A DNA stretch of 64,000 nucleotides from Candidatus Dormiibacterota bacterium (GTDB taxonomy: Bacteria; Chloroflexota; Dormibacteria; Aeolococcales; Aeolococcaceae), in assembly GCA_963709585.1 (NCBI GenBank), contig CAVPXI010000014.1:84320-148319 (forward strand), written 5' to 3'. Below, piece after piece: positions 1-10,457 of the stretch. Both the position numbers and the translations under genes were made by a program. Under the pieces are notes generated by a model. That model did not search any database. It was not told where the DNA came from and worked only from the letters and a program-made list of their open reading frames with translations. Position 1 is the first letter of the stretch; every line of letters begins with the position of its first letter.

Positions 1-582
1 GAACACCCGCTGCTGGCCGATCCGCTGCTTGAGAACGATCTCAGCCTCGGCGAAGACGGCGTCGATGTCGCCGGCGGGAAACGCGGCGTCCCACCCGATG
101 TTATCGGGTCGATCGCTCTTCACCAGCGGGCTGCCCGGCGCCATCGCCTTCTCCATGTCCATGACGGCTGGGAGGGGCTCGTAGTCGACTACGACCAGCT
201 GGGCTGCATCGTCTGCGAGGTATCGATCCTCAGCGATCACCACCGCGACCGGCTCGCCGGCGTAGGCGACCTCGTCTGCCGCGATGGGGAACTGCTCGGG
301 CACCTGCTTCTTGTCGGGGACAAAGGAGTTGCTGACCGGCAGCGGCCCGAGGATGACGCCTTTGAAGTCGGCGGCGGTGAGCACCGCCACGACCCCTTTC
401 GCCGCCCGCGCCCCGGACGTGTCGATCGAGCGGATGCGAGCGTGCGCGTGCGGGCTGCGCACGATCGACATGTGCGCCATGTTCACGAGGTTGACGTCGT
501 CGATGAAGTTGCCGTGCCCGGTGATGAGCTTGGGATCCTCACGACGCTGGATGCGCGCCCCGATCATGGAGGTGACAGCCAC
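1..582 (-). CDS. CO/xanthine dehydrogenase-family molybdopterin-binding large subunit, N-terminal part (gene runs off the window)
   Basis: Own translation of the minus strand from GTG at 582: VAVTSMIGARIQRREDPKLITGHGNFIDDVNLVNMAHMSIVRSPHAHARIRSIDTSGARAAKGVVAVLTAADF. This is the usual N-terminus of CoxL/XdhA-type large subunits. It starts 2 nt after the stop of the 2Fe-2S subunit gene. It is absent from the ORF track because it is open at the window edge. Confidence 0.8.
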   Translation of the reverse strand, partial: MAVTSMIGARIQRREDPKLITGHGNFIDDVNLVNMAHMSIVRSPHAHARIRSIDTSGARAAKGVVAVLTAADFKGVILGPLPVSNSFVPDKKQVPEQFPIAADEVAYAGEPVAVVIAEDRYLADDAAQLVVVDYEPLPAVMDMEKAMAPGSPLVKSDRPDNIGWDAAFPAGDIDAVFAEAEIVLKQRIGQQRVF

Positions 583-584
583 GG

Positions 585-1112
585 TCAGTCCTCCACCGGA
601 GCAGCGGCGGATCCGACCAGCTCACGCGCCGTCTCACCGGCGCCGCCCTTCATCGCCTCGGACGCGGATCGCACCGCCTTCCTGATGTTCTCGTAGCCGG
701 TGCAGCGACACAGGTTGCCCTCCAGTCCCCGCTCGATCTCCTCGTCGGTGGGCGATGGGTTCTGCTTCAGGAGATAGGCGGCAGCCATGAGGAACCCAGG
801 AGTGCAGAAGCCGCACTGCAGCCCGTGCTCGTTCCAGAACGCCTGCTGCACGGGATGGAGGGTGCCATCCTCGGCAAGCCCCTCGACGGTCGTGACCTGG
901 CGCCCGTCTGCCTGGACCGCGAAGACGCTGCACGATTTCACCGCCTCGCCGTCGATCAGAACTGTGCAGGCCCCGCACTGGCTGGTATCGCAGGCAATGT
1001 GGGTTCCGGTGAGACCGGCCACCTCGCGCAGGTAGTGCACAAGGAGCAGACGGGGCTCGACGTAGTCCTCCCTCAGCCTTCCGTTGATAGTCAGCGCGAC
1101 GGGCTGCGTCAT
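585..1112 (-). CDS. (2Fe-2S)-binding small subunit of a CO/xanthine dehydrogenase-family molybdoenzyme (CoxS-like)
   Basis: ORF 585..1154, trimmed to the ATG at 1112 (MTQPVALTINGR), which has GGGAGG upstream. Both cluster motifs are present: CDTSQCGACTV and CGFCTPG...CRCTGY. Confidence 0.9.
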   Translation of the reverse strand: MTQPVALTINGRLREDYVEPRLLLVHYLREVAGLTGTHIACDTSQCGACTVLIDGEAVKSCSVFAVQADGRQVTTVEGLAEDGTLHPVQQAFWNEHGLQCGFCTPGFLMAAAYLLKQNPSPTDEEIERGLEGNLCRCTGYENIRKAVRSASEAMKGGAGETARELVGSAAAPVED

Positions 1113-1401
1113 GGAATTCCTCCCGGACCGAAAGGCAAACGCGTTAGGCCTCATGCTGGCATTCGCTCAGGGGAAGGGTCAAGCGCGTTGATCGCGTAGT
1201 GCCTGCCCGCAAATACAGGGCGGAACCAGCCTGGTGATGCCGCGGCTGCGAGGTGTGGACAATTGGAGCCTGTCAGGTGCGGCCAATCGCCGGGGGCAAC
1301 CCGTCAGAAGTGCCGTTTGGTCGGCGCGTCTGTGGACATGACCTCGGCGAAAGTCCACAATGGCGCCCACCTATCCAGTTCGCAGGCTTTGGGGGTCTCG
1401 C

Positions 1402-2391
1402 ATGGGTCGCTCGCTCAACCTCTCGCGTCGCGCAGGCATCGCACTCCTCGTTCCCACGGCGCTGCTCGCGGCCTGCGGTGGTTCGGGGGGCACGTCCACG
1501 CCTACGCCCGCGAGCTCGGCGGCGGGCCCAGCGGCCCAGGCCAGCATCGCGGCCGAAGTCCCCGCGGCAGTCAAGGCAGCAGCGCCTCTCCAGATCGCGA
1601 CCGACGCCACCTACGCCCCGAACGAATTCGTCGACCCGAGCACCGGCAACATCGTGGGATGGGACCCCGAGCTTGCCAAAGACGTCTGCGCCGTGCTCGG
1701 GGTGGCCTGCACCATCAACAACGTCACCTTCTCGGACATCATCCCTGCGTTGCTCGAGAGCCCGGCGAAGTATCAGATGGCCTTCTCGAGCTTCACACCC
1801 ACCAGTGCGCGCGAAGCTAAGGGCATCGACTTCATCACGTACTACCAGGCCGGTGAGGCGTGGATCGTGAAGGCGGGAGGCGCCTCCATCTCGTCCGCGG
1901 CCGACATGTGCGGACACACGGTTGCCGTCGAGTCGGGCACCACCGAGGAGCTCGATGCGTGGGGATACATGGGAATGAAGCCCGGCGGTGCCACGATCCC
2001 GGGTGATACGGACCATTGCAAAGCCGCCGGAAAGCAGGACATCAGCGTGCTCAGCTACGGGACGCAAACCCAGGCGAACTCCGCGCTGCTGTCGGGCCGC
2101 GCCGACTTCGGTTGGCTCGACCAGCCGGTCGCCGACTACCAGGTCAAGACGTTGGCGGGCAAGCTCAAGATCGGTGGAACCGCGTGCAGCGTCTCGCCGT
2201 ACGGGGTCGCAATGGTGAAGTCGACTGGGCTCGAGCAGGCGGTCACGGACGCGATCAAGTACCTCATCGACAACAACTTCTACACGAAGCTGCTCAACAC
2301 CTGGGGTGTCGCGGATGGCGCGATCGCCAGCTCGGCAGTGACGCTGAATAACAACAGCTCGGTTGGCGCCAGCTGCGTCCCGTCGTACTGA
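1402..2391 (+). CDS. polar amino-acid ABC transporter substrate-binding lipoprotein
   Basis: ORF 1360..2391, trimmed to the ATG at 1402. Signal peptide with lipobox (LLAACGG). Family-3 binding-protein-like sequence (ATDATYAPNEFVD, GIDFITYYQAG). First gene of an SBP-permease-ATPase operon. Confidence 0.85.
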   Translation: MGRSLNLSRRAGIALLVPTALLAACGGSGGTSTPTPASSAAGPAAQASIAAEVPAAVKAAAPLQIATDATYAPNEFVDPSTGNIVGWDPELAKDVCAVLGVACTINNVTFSDIIPALLESPAKYQMAFSSFTPTSAREAKGIDFITYYQAGEAWIVKAGGASISSAADMCGHTVAVESGTTEELDAWGYMGMKPGGATIPGDTDHCKAAGKQDISVLSYGTQTQANSALLSGRADFGWLDQPVADYQVKTLAGKLKIGGTACSVSPYGVAMVKSTGLEQAVTDAIKYLIDNNFYTKLLNTWGVADGAIASSAVTLNNNSSVGASCVPSY

Positions 2392-2455
2392 GGTCGTTCG
2401 TCCACGCGGAATCGCACTGTGAGCACCAAGATGCGGCCGTGAGCGAACGATTGTC

Positions 2456-3433
2456 GTGACCGCGAGCGAACCCATCGCCTCGAGTGGGAGGAGACGGCCT
2501 GAGGCCATCAAAGCGATCCCGCTGCGCCACCCGTGGCGCTGGGTCTTCGCGGTGTTGGTCCTCGGGCTTGCGGCCGCAGCCCTGTACACCTTTGCCGCCG
2601 CGCCCACCCTGGACTGGCGCGTCGTCGGTCAATACCTGTTCTTTCCGCGAATCATCCAAGGGATCGTCGTCACTCTCGAGCTGACGGTCATCGCGATGGC
2701 GATCGGGGTCAGCCTCGGCGTGCTCCTTGCCGTCATGCGGCTCTCGGTGAATCCGGTGCTGTCGAGCGTGAGCTGGTTCTACATCTGGTTCTTCCGCGGA
2801 ACGCCGGTGCTGGTCCAGATCTTCTTCTGGTACAACCTCGCGCTCATCCTTCCTCATCTGACGATCGGTATCCCATTCACTCACATCGAATGGATCGGCA
2901 CCACCAACCAGATCGTCTCCCCGTTCCTCGCCGCCATCCTCGGACTGGGACTCAACGAAGCAGCATATATGTCGGAAATCGTTCGAGCCGGCATCATCTC
3001 CGTGGATCAGGGGCAGACCGAGGCGGCGCAGGCGCTCGGGATGACACGTGTACACGTGATGCGCAGGATCGTGCTCCCCCAGGCGATGCGCGTCGTGCTC
3101 CCACCGACCGGCAACGAGACCATCTCGATGCTCAAGACTTCGTCGCTCGCATCGATCGCCACCGTCGGTGAGCTCTTCTACGTGCAGGAGCAGATCGCGA
3201 GTGCAACCTTCAACGTCGTCGAGCTGCTCGTGGTCGCCAGCATCTGGTACCTGGTGATGACGTCCATCCTCACCTTCGGTCAGTATTACCTGGAGCGGTA
3301 TTTCGCTCGTGGATCGGCACACCAGCTGCCGCTCACCCCGCTGCAGCGATTCCGGCGGATGTTGCTCCACTCGCACATCCCGCCTCCCGAAGCGGCGGTC
3401 GAACCCACTTCCGTCTACACCCGGCATACGTGA
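2456..3433 (+). CDS. amino-acid ABC transporter permease (His/Glu/Gln/Arg/opine family)
   Basis: Multi-TM ORF with an EAA-type loop ([31 protein letters not shown]). Lies between the binding-protein and ATPase genes. Confidence 0.85.
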   Translation: MTASEPIASSGRRRPEAIKAIPLRHPWRWVFAVLVLGLAAAALYTFAAAPTLDWRVVGQYLFFPRIIQGIVVTLELTVIAMAIGVSLGVLLAVMRLSVNPVLSSVSWFYIWFFRGTPVLVQIFFWYNLALILPHLTIGIPFTHIEWIGTTNQIVSPFLAAILGLGLNEAAYMSEIVRAGIISVDQGQTEAAQALGMTRVHVMRRIVLPQAMRVVLPPTGNETISMLKTSSLASIATVGELFYVQEQIASATFNVVELLVVASIWYLVMTSILTFGQYYLERYFARGSAHQLPLTPLQRFRRMLLHSHIPPPEAAVEPTSVYTRHT

Positions 3434-3443
3434 TGATCGCCTG

Positions 3444-4208
3444 ATGAGCGGGCCGATGGTTCGTGCCGAAGCTGTCCATAAGTCGTACGGCCGCCTCGAG
3501 GTGCTCCGCGGTATCGACCTGGAGGTCGCGCCCCGGGAGGTGATGTGCATCGTTGGGCCGTCCGGTTCCGGCAAGAGCACGTTCCTGCGCTGCATCAACC
3601 ATCTCGAGAAGATCGACGCGGGCAGGCTGTCGGTGGACGGTGAGCTGGTCGGGTACCGCGAGCACGGCGACAAGATCTACGAGCTCCCCGAGCGTGAGGT
3701 CTGCCGAAAGCGGGCGGAGATCGGGATGGTGTTCCAGCGCTTCAATCTGTTTCCGCACATGACCGCGCTCGAAAACATCATGGAAGCGCCGGTTCGCGTG
3801 AAGAAGGATGCGCAGAAAGTCGCCGCGGAACGAGGACGAGCACTGCTCGACCGGGTCGGGCTTGCCGACAAGGTGGACGTCTATCCGAACCAGCTCTCCG
3901 GTGGTCAACAGCAGCGGGTCGCAATCGCGCGCGCACTCGCCATGCAACCGAAGCTCATGCTCTTCGACGAGCCGACGTCGGCGCTCGACCCGGAGTTGGT
4001 CGGCGACGTCCTCGACGTGATGCGCGGTCTCGCCCAGGACGGGATGACCATGGTCGTCGTCACCCACGAGATGGGGTTCGCTCGCGAGGTCGGCGATGCG
4101 CTCGTCTTCATGGACGGCGGCGTGATCGTCGAGTCCGGAAACCCCCGCGAGATGCTCGCCAATCCCCAGCACGAGCGGACCAAGTCCTTTCTCTCAAAGG
4201 TCCTGTAA
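3444..4208 (+). CDS. amino-acid ABC transporter ATP-binding protein
   Basis: ORF 3309..4208, trimmed to the ATG at 3444 (MSGPMVRAE). Walker [10 protein letters not shown], signature LSGGQQQRV, Walker [13 protein letters not shown]. Confidence 0.9.
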   Translation: MSGPMVRAEAVHKSYGRLEVLRGIDLEVAPREVMCIVGPSGSGKSTFLRCINHLEKIDAGRLSVDGELVGYREHGDKIYELPEREVCRKRAEIGMVFQRFNLFPHMTALENIMEAPVRVKKDAQKVAAERGRALLDRVGLADKVDVYPNQLSGGQQQRVAIARALAMQPKLMLFDEPTSALDPELVGDVLDVMRGLAQDGMTMVVVTHEMGFAREVGDALVFMDGGVIVESGNPREMLANPQHERTKSFLSKVL

Positions 4209-4283
4209 GGCTGCAATGCACGCGGTTCGATTTCAGGAATACGGATTGACGGGCCGGGGCAAGCCTCGGGCGCAACTCGTCCC

Positions 4284-4709
4284 ATGACCACGCTGGGCGG
4301 CGTCATTCTGCTGATCGGGCGGATCCTCTTCGTCGCGCTGTTCGTCACCGCGGCGCGCGGACACATCCACAACCACCCTCGCTACGTCGCGGGATCCGGC
4401 AAGAAACTGCCGTTCCCCGTCCTCGCCGGGTGGCCCGCGGGCGTGTGGCTGCTGGTCGCCGATCTCTCGATCGTCGTCGGGATCTGGCCCGACATCGGTG
4501 CCCTGATGATCGCCCTGTTTCTGATCCCGGCGGCGGTGGTCTTCCACCCGTTCTGGAGCGAGACCGATCCAGTCGCGCGCCGCACCCACGAGTCGAGCTT
4601 CTACCGGGACATGTCGCTGCTCGGCGCTGCGCTCGCGCTCTTCGCGCTGTTCACAGACGTGGGCCACGTGCCCTTCGCGCTCACCGGCCCCGCCCTCACC
4701 CTGCGGTAG
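4284..4709 (+). CDS. DoxX family membrane protein
   Basis: 141-aa protein with four TM helices and a DoxX-like sequence (ILFVALFVTAARGH..., FHPFW). Confidence 0.75.
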   Translation: MTTLGGVILLIGRILFVALFVTAARGHIHNHPRYVAGSGKKLPFPVLAGWPAGVWLLVADLSIVVGIWPDIGALMIALFLIPAAVVFHPFWSETDPVARRTHESSFYRDMSLLGAALALFALFTDVGHVPFALTGPALTLR

Positions 4710-4719
4710 CCGCGGCGCG

Positions 4720-6458
4720 TCAGAGCTCCGGCGCCTCGGTCACGATCATCGTCTCGCCTCTGACGACCCGGCCGCCGCGAGACCACGAGGCGACAGCGGC
4801 GATCAGACAGACCACCAGCGAGAAGGTGAAGGCCTGGTGCAGGCCGGCCGCGAACGGACCCGAGATCAACTCCGGGAAGAACTGCCGGCCGGTGAGCGCC
4901 GAGGCATTCGCCACCGACAGCTGCGAGAGAACGTGGGTGCCAACCAGCGACTGGATGGGGTTGTAGCCGAGGAACGCCGCGAACAGGATCGACACAGGAG
5001 GCAGGTGGCCGACGTGCACCGCCACCGCCGTCGGCACGCCGTGCGCCTCGAGCCCGGCGGTCATGGTGGTGGAAAGTGTCGCCGCCAGCCCGGTGATCAT
5101 CAGCGTGAAGAAGATGCCGATCGAGAGCACCTGCGCCGAGCTCTGGAAGGTCGCGTTCATGCCGCCGCCGGCGCCGCGGTCCGCGGGCGGCAGGCTGTTC
5201 ATGACGCCGGCGCGGTTTGGCGCTGCGAACGCGCCCATCGAGAGCCCGTTGAGGAAGAGGATGAGCGCGAACAGCTGATACGGGAAATCGATCGGCAGCA
5301 GTTGCAGGAACGCGAAGCTTGGCGGCGGCGCCGATCATCCCCCCGGTCGCGAACGGCCGTGACCCGAAGCGGTCCGACAGGTAGCCGGACAGCGGACCGG
5401 CGAGCAGGAACCCGACGGTCAGCGGGATCATGTAGATGCCCGCCCACAGCGGCGTCGAGGTGAAGCTGTAGCCGTGCTCCGGCAACCAGATTCCCTGCAG
5501 CCAGATGATCAGCATGAACATGAGCCCGCCGCGGCCGACGGCTGCGAGAAAGCTCGACAGGGTGCCGAACGTGAACGCGCGAATGCGGAACAACCCGAGA
5601 CGGAACATCGGGTTCACGACGCGACTCTCGACGACCGCAAACCCGGCGAGGAACGCGGCGCCAAGCGCGAGCGCCGAGAGCACGAACGGGCTCGTCCATC
5701 CCATCGGGTAGGATTTGTACGGCTCGATGCCGTAAGTGATGCCGATCATCACCAGGATCAGACCGATCGCGAAGGTCAGGTTGCCGAGCCAGTCGATCGG
5801 GAACTCGGCGCCGGACCCCGCGCTCCTCCAGCTTGAGATAGGCCCAGACGGTGCCGAAGAGGCCGAACGGGACCGAGACGAGGAATACGAGCCGCCAGTT
5901 GATCGGGGCGAGCAGCCCACCGAGAACGAGCCCGATGAACACCCCGCTGATACCGGCGATGTTGTTGATGCCCAGCGCGAGGCCGCGCTGGTTGGTCGGG
6001 AAGGCATCGGTGAGAATCGCCGCCGAGTTGCCGATCAGGCAGGCGGCACCGATGCCCTGGACCACCCGGAACACCATCAGCCAGACCGCGCCGGGGGGTC
6101 CCGTCATCCAGTCGATGGTCAGCAGCAGCGATGCGCCGGTGTAGATGACGAAGCCGAGGTTGTAGATGCGCACCCGCCCGACGATGTCGCCGAGGCGTCC
6201 GAGCCCCACCACTAGGACGCTGCTGACGATCAGGAAGCCGAGGATCATCCAGAGCAGGTAGAAGCTGTTCGCCGGGGCGAGCGGGTTCAGGTCGATGCCG
6301 CGAAAGATGTCGGGCATCGCGATCAACATGATCGAGGCATCGATGGTGGCGAGCAGCACGCCGACTGTCGTGTTGGAGAGCGCGACCCACTTGTAGCCGT
6401 CACCGCGCGCTCCATGACCGGTGGTGACGGTGCGCCCGGTGTCGCTGGTCGTCGCTAT
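4720..6458 (-). pseudogene. MFS drug:H+ antiporter (DHA2/EmrB-QacA-like), reading frame broken twice; N-terminus unresolved
   Basis: Three colinear fragments in three frames. The N-terminal part is in ORF 5199..6359 (YKWVALSNTTVGVLLATIDASIM...WAYLKLEERG). The middle part is in ORF 4601..6007 (GAEFPIDWLGNLTFAIG...GMIGAAA). The C-terminal part is in ORF 4720..5238 and upstream of it (SFAFLQLLPIDFPYQLFALILFLNGLSMGAF...). The frames switch at about 5816-5822 (C/G run) and about 5317-5321. No ATG/GTG/TTG lies upstream in the N-terminal frame. Confidence 0.8.
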
Positions 6459-6501
6459 GGGGTCGCCTCGATCACCCCACGAGTTCTGGCAGGGCAGCGC
6501 G

Positions 6502-7748
6502 TCAGCGCGACGCGGCTGCGATGCGCGAACTCAAGCGCCGTTCGGGGTCGCGCACCCCGGGGATGAAGAGAATGCCGCACAGGGCGAGGGCCACACACCC
6601 GCCGATCAACATCGTCGCGCGCGTCCCGATGACACCCGCGGCCGCGCCGCTGACCAGCACGCCGAGCGGGCTGAGGCTGAGCGACACCAGCCAGTCCACC
6701 GACGAGGCGCGGCCGAGCAGTTCCGGCGGCACCAGTTCCTGCATGATCGGGCTCCAGAGGACGTTGCCGTACATCAGAGCCCCGGTGACCAGGAAGGCGC
6801 TCGCACCGGCGATCCAGATGTTCGGCGCGAGCGAGAGCACGACGATCGCGCCGGCCGATACCCCATAACCAACCCACATCGATGTGATGCGCAGGCGTGG
6901 CGCGCCAAGTTTCGCTACAAGGAGTGCCGACATGCCGCCGCCGACCCCGCCGGCCGCGAGAACCAGTCCGAGCGCAATCGGTCCCTGACGGAGCACGTTG
7001 CGTATGAGCAACGGAACGAGGACGCCGAGCGGAGAGAACGCCGCGAAGTTCGCCAGTCCGGCACACGCGATCGTCACCCACAGCCACCGCTGCGACCGGA
7101 CGTAGCGCAGTCCCTCGCGCGCGTCGGCGAGCGGCGAATGGCCGGACGGCTCGGGGCGCGGCCGGCTCGCCATCGCAAGCACGCAGCCGGCACTGACGGC
7201 GAAGCTCACCGCGTCGATCGCGAACGCCCATTGGTATCCGAGCGCAGCGACGGCCAGCCCGCCGAGCGCCGGCCCGATTAGCAGCTGCGCCACGGTCTGA
7301 CTCGTGTGGTTGAGCGCGCTGCCCTGGACGAGCAGTTCGGCGGGGAGGATCTCCGGGGTCACGGCGGTCGCCGCCGGATAGAAGAGCGCGTCAGCAGCGC
7401 CAAAGACGGCCGAGATGACGACGAGCTCCCAGACGTGAAGCGCGCCGAGTCCGACAAGAAGGGCGATGGCCGCGACCGCCACGCCACGAGTGGTATCCGA
7501 GGCGAGCATCGCCAAGCGGCGTGGCACGCGGTCGACGATCATCCGGCGACCAGCAGGAGGACCGTCGGCAGCAGTCTCGCTGCCAGGACGAGCGAGAGTG
7601 CGAGTGGATTGTCGTCGATGCGCAGCGTCTCCAGGGCGAGTGCGACGGTGTAGACACCGTCGCCGACCAGCGAGATGCTCTGTCCGGACCAAAGCAACGC
7701 GAAGTCGCGGTGGCGCAGCGCCGCGGGCGTTCGAACCCGGGGGTTCAC
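6502..7748 (-). pseudogene. MFS transporter (EntS/MFS_3-like), one apparent frameshift near the N-terminus
   Basis: The N-terminus is in ORF 7539..7748 (ALRHRDFALLWSGQSISLVGDGVYTVALA...LLLVAG*). It continues in ORF 6502..7692 from RMIVDRVPRRLAMLASD. The junction at about 7540-7548 fits a 1-nt loss in gccgg. Confidence 0.8.
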
Positions 7749-7933
7749 CGGCCCGTGACGAGTGCCACTCTCACGATGAACGGCAGGGCGGACATCATTT
7801 TCGGCACAGCGATAGAGTAGGCGGACGCAGATCGTGCCTCAGCGCCCGGGCATTTGGCCTTGCCCGGGCGGCAAACATTGCCGATTGTGCTACAACCTTA
7901 CAGGAACTCGCACCACTCAGCGGGAGGCGCACC

Positions 7934-8377
7934 GTGCCACGTTCAGGTCCCCGACGAAAGCAGATCGTGCTGATCGCCCACGACAACAAGAAGCCGGACA
8001 TGCTGGAGTGGGCGCGCTTCAACCGCGATACGCTGGCGCGCCACGACCTCCTTGGCACCGGCACGACCGGGTCGATGGTTGCGAATGAGCTGGGTCTGCC
8101 CGTGCACCGATTTCTCACCGGTCCGCTCGGTGGTGATCAGCAGGTCGGGGCAGCGATCGCGGAAGGACGGATCGACGTGATCATCTTCTTCTGGGATCCG
8201 CTCGAACCGCACCCCCACGACGTCGACGTCAAGGCACTCCTGCGCATCGCGGTGGTGCACAACATCCCAATGGCCTGCAACCGTGCGACTGCCGACTTCA
8301 TCCTTTCGAGCCCGCTGATCGACGAGGTCTACCCGAGATCGCTCGACCCGGTCGGAGCCGTCCTCCCGACCGCATAA
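7934..8377 (+). CDS. mgsA: methylglyoxal synthase
   Basis: ORF 7466..8377, trimmed to the GTG at 7934, which has GGGAGG 6 nt upstream. Contains IVLIAHDNKKPDMLEWA...LLGTGTTG...GPLGGDQQVGA...IIFFWDPLEPHPHDVDVKALLR, diagnostic of MgsA. Confidence 0.9.
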   Translation: MPRSGPRRKQIVLIAHDNKKPDMLEWARFNRDTLARHDLLGTGTTGSMVANELGLPVHRFLTGPLGGDQQVGAAIAEGRIDVIIFFWDPLEPHPHDVDVKALLRIAVVHNIPMACNRATADFILSSPLIDEVYPRSLDPVGAVLPTA

Positions 8378-9045
8378 ACACTGTCCTCGGCAGCGGTCGC
8401 GTGCTCGATCAGCCAGGACGTTGCGCTCTCCAGGTGGTGCCGTATGACGGCCTCCGCGACCTCCGGCCTGCCCGCCTCAATGGCCTCGAGCAGCGCGTCG
8501 TGCTCGCCCGCCAGCTGGCCAACCGACGCATAACCCTGGATCAGCTGCGCCAGGCAGAGGAGGATCTCGACCTCGAGATTCCTGTGCGCGCGAATGAGGC
8601 GAGCGTTGCCGGCTCCAACCACCAGCGCACGATGGAAGGCGAGGTCAGCCTCGACGACGGCGCGCTGCGACGAACTCGGACCGAGACGATGGTGCTGCGC
8701 GAGGGCGGTCCGCGCGGCGTCGGGGACCCCGCGGCGTGCTGCGAGCATTCGCGAGGCCTGAACCTCGAGTGCGGTACGCAACTCGTAGATCTCCGCGAGA
8801 TCACGGGCGGCGAGCGCCCGAACGAAGACGCCGCGGTTGCGCGACTTGACCAGCAGGCCCCTGCGCACCAGTCCGTCGAAGGCGGCTCGAAGCGTGTTGC
8901 GGCCGACGTCGAACTCCTCGGCGAGTGCGATCTCACCGAGATGTTCGCCAGGCTTGAAGCGGCCGTCGAGCACCTGACGCTCGAGCGCATCCTCGAGCGT
9001 CTCGACGCGTGAGGTCGTCTGCCGGCGAATCATCGCCGTGCGCAA
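8329..9045 (-). CDS. GntR-family transcriptional regulator (FadR/FCD type)
   Basis: N-terminal winged HTH (LGEIALAEEFDVGRNTLRAAFDGLVRRGLLV) followed by a helical FCD-like C-terminal domain. The start is either TTG at 9045 or ATG at 9033. The 3' end overlaps mgsA convergently by 49 nt. Confidence 0.85.
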   Translation of the reverse strand: MRTAMIRRQTTSRVETLEDALERQVLDGRFKPGEHLGEIALAEEFDVGRNTLRAAFDGLVRRGLLVKSRNRGVFVRALAARDLAEIYELRTALEVQASRMLAARRGVPDAARTALAQHHRLGPSSSQRAVVEADLAFHRALVVGAGNARLIRAHRNLEVEILLCLAQLIQGYASVGQLAGEHDALLEAIEAGRPEVAEAVIRHHLESATSWLIEHATAAEDSVYAVGRTAPTGSSDLG

Positions 9046-9084
9046 ACCTGGCCGGTCGCGGCCTTCAGATGGGTGGAGGCTCGG

Positions 9085-9237
9085 CTAGACGCGGGCGCGG
9101 TCGCGGCAGCGACGGCAGACGCCTTCACTGGTTCCGAAGGCATCGCGATGGGAGATCGGCTCGCCGCACGAACGGCACGACCGCCCCGTCTCCATGCCGT
9201 ACAGGGCTCTCAGCGTGAGCCAGAATATTGTTGTCAT
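9085..9237 (-). CDS. small 50-aa protein with two CxxC pairs (zinc-ribbon-like), hypothetical
   Basis: Own translation: MTTIFWLTLRALYGMETGRSCRSCGEPISHRDAFGTSEGVCRRCRDRARV. GGAG lies 8 nt upstream of the ATG. It sits directly upstream of, and co-directional with, the GntR gene. Too short for the ORF track. Confidence 0.35.
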   Translation of the reverse strand: MTTIFWLTLRALYGMETGRSCRSCGEPISHRDAFGTSEGVCRRCRDRARV

Positions 9238-9301
9238 CTCAATTGCTCCAGGGGGATTGATCCTGTAGCAGATTGTAGCACAATCCTAGGCCTGACGCCT
9301 C

Positions 9302-10447
9302 TCAGCCTGTGCTGGCGCCACCGGCCACCCCGGCTGACGCGGGTGCGCCGTTCGCGGCGACCCGCAACCCGGTCGCCGGATTGAAGATGTGGAGACGCCG
9401 GGGTGGCGCCGCCAGGGTGACCGAATCGCCGACCTTCAGGGTGTTGTCGGCGTTGATGATCGCCACCACGTCGCGTCCCTCGCTGGTGCCGTGGATGAGC
9501 TCGTCGTTGCCGAGGAATTCGACGACGTCGACCACGACGGTCACGCTCAGGCCGGGCCCGGAGAGCGCGACGAGGTCGAGGTGCTCGGGCCGGAAGCCAA
9601 CGGTCACCGAGTCCAGGCCGAGGTCGCGCAGCAGTGCCGACTCGGTGTCGTCCGGCTTCATCTCGGCGCCCTCGCCGGTGAGACGGACCACCCCACCCTC
9701 CTGCGAGACCTTGAGGTCGATGAAATTCATCGACGGCGACCCGATGAAGCCGGCGACGAACCGATTCTGGGGGAGCTCGTACAGGTCCTTGGGGGTCCCC
9801 GCCTGCTGCAGGACACCCTCGTTGATCACCGCGATCCGGTCGCCCATGGTCATCGCCTCGACCTGGTCGTGGGTGACGTAGATCATCGTGGCCTCGAGGC
9901 GGGTGTGCATGCGCGCGATCTCGGCGCGGGTCTGGACGCGCAGCTTCGCGTCCAGGTTCGAGAGCGGCTCGTCCATCAGGAACACGGCGGGCTCGCGAAC
10001 GATGGCGCGCCCGAGGGCGACGCGCTGGCGTTGCCCGCCGGACAGCTGCCCGGGCTTGCGATCCAGGAAGCGCTCGAGGTCGAGGATGCGCGCCGCCTCC
10101 ACCACCGCCTTGTCAATGTCCGCCTTGGGCGTCTTGCGCAGCTGCAGGCCGAATGCCATGTTGTCGCGCACGCTCATGTGCGGGTAGAGCGCGTAGCTCT
10201 GGAAGACCATGGCGATGTCGCGATCGCGCGGCGGCAGGTTGTTGACGACGCGATCCCCGATGCGTACCTGGCCGCTGGTGATCTCCTCGAGCCCCGCGAT
10301 CATGCGCAGTGCCGTGGTCTTGCCACATCCCGACGGTCCGACCAGGCACACGAACTCGCCGTCATGAATATCGAGGTTGAGCTTGTTGACCGCGAGCGCG
10401 CCGCCGTCGTAGCGCTTGGTCAGATCAACGAGGACTACGCCGGCCAT
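9302..10447 (-). CDS. sugar ABC transporter ATP-binding protein (MsiK/UgpC/MalK-like)
   Basis: ORF 9302..10510, trimmed to the ATG at 10447 (MAGVVLVDLTKRY), which has GAGGAG upstream. Walker A GPSGCGKTT, LSGGQRQRV, FLMDEPLSNLD, and a MalK-type C-terminal regulatory domain. Confidence 0.9.
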   Translation of the reverse strand: MAGVVLVDLTKRYDGGALAVNKLNLDIHDGEFVCLVGPSGCGKTTALRMIAGLEEITSGQVRIGDRVVNNLPPRDRDIAMVFQSYALYPHMSVRDNMAFGLQLRKTPKADIDKAVVEAARILDLERFLDRKPGQLSGGQRQRVALGRAIVREPAVFLMDEPLSNLDAKLRVQTRAEIARMHTRLEATMIYVTHDQVEAMTMGDRIAVINEGVLQQAGTPKDLYELPQNRFVAGFIGSPSMNFIDLKVSQEGGVVRLTGEGAEMKPDDTESALLRDLGLDSVTVGFRPEHLDLVALSGPGLSVTVVVDVVEFLGNDELIHGTSEGRDVVAIINADNTLKVGDSVTLAAPPRRLHIFNPATGLRVAANGAPASAGVAGGASTG

Positions 10448-10457
10448 GACACGCTCC

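Noticed and set aside
1273-2607. A 444-aa minus-strand ORF opposite the amino-acid binding-protein gene
   Set aside because: It is a shadow ORF with Arg-rich, low-complexity sequence. The plus strand encodes a clear lipoprotein with a binding-protein fold.
6456-6469. GAGG followed 7 nt later by ATA, in frame with the N-terminus of the first MFS gene; possibly a mutated ATG start
   Set aside because: It is consistent with a degraded start codon but is only one nucleotide of evidence. The start could equally be obscured by another indel. It is left unresolved and not reported as a finding.
8329-8377. Convergent 3' overlaps (mgsA/GntR 49 nt; methyltransferase/ctaB 15457..15549; EAL/ABM 63293..63372) as a possible sign of antisense regulation
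   Set aside because: In this indel-prone, stop-poor high-GC sequence, the extended tails are more simply explained by late stop codons or undetected frame errors. The overlapped tails look non-conserved and low-complexity.
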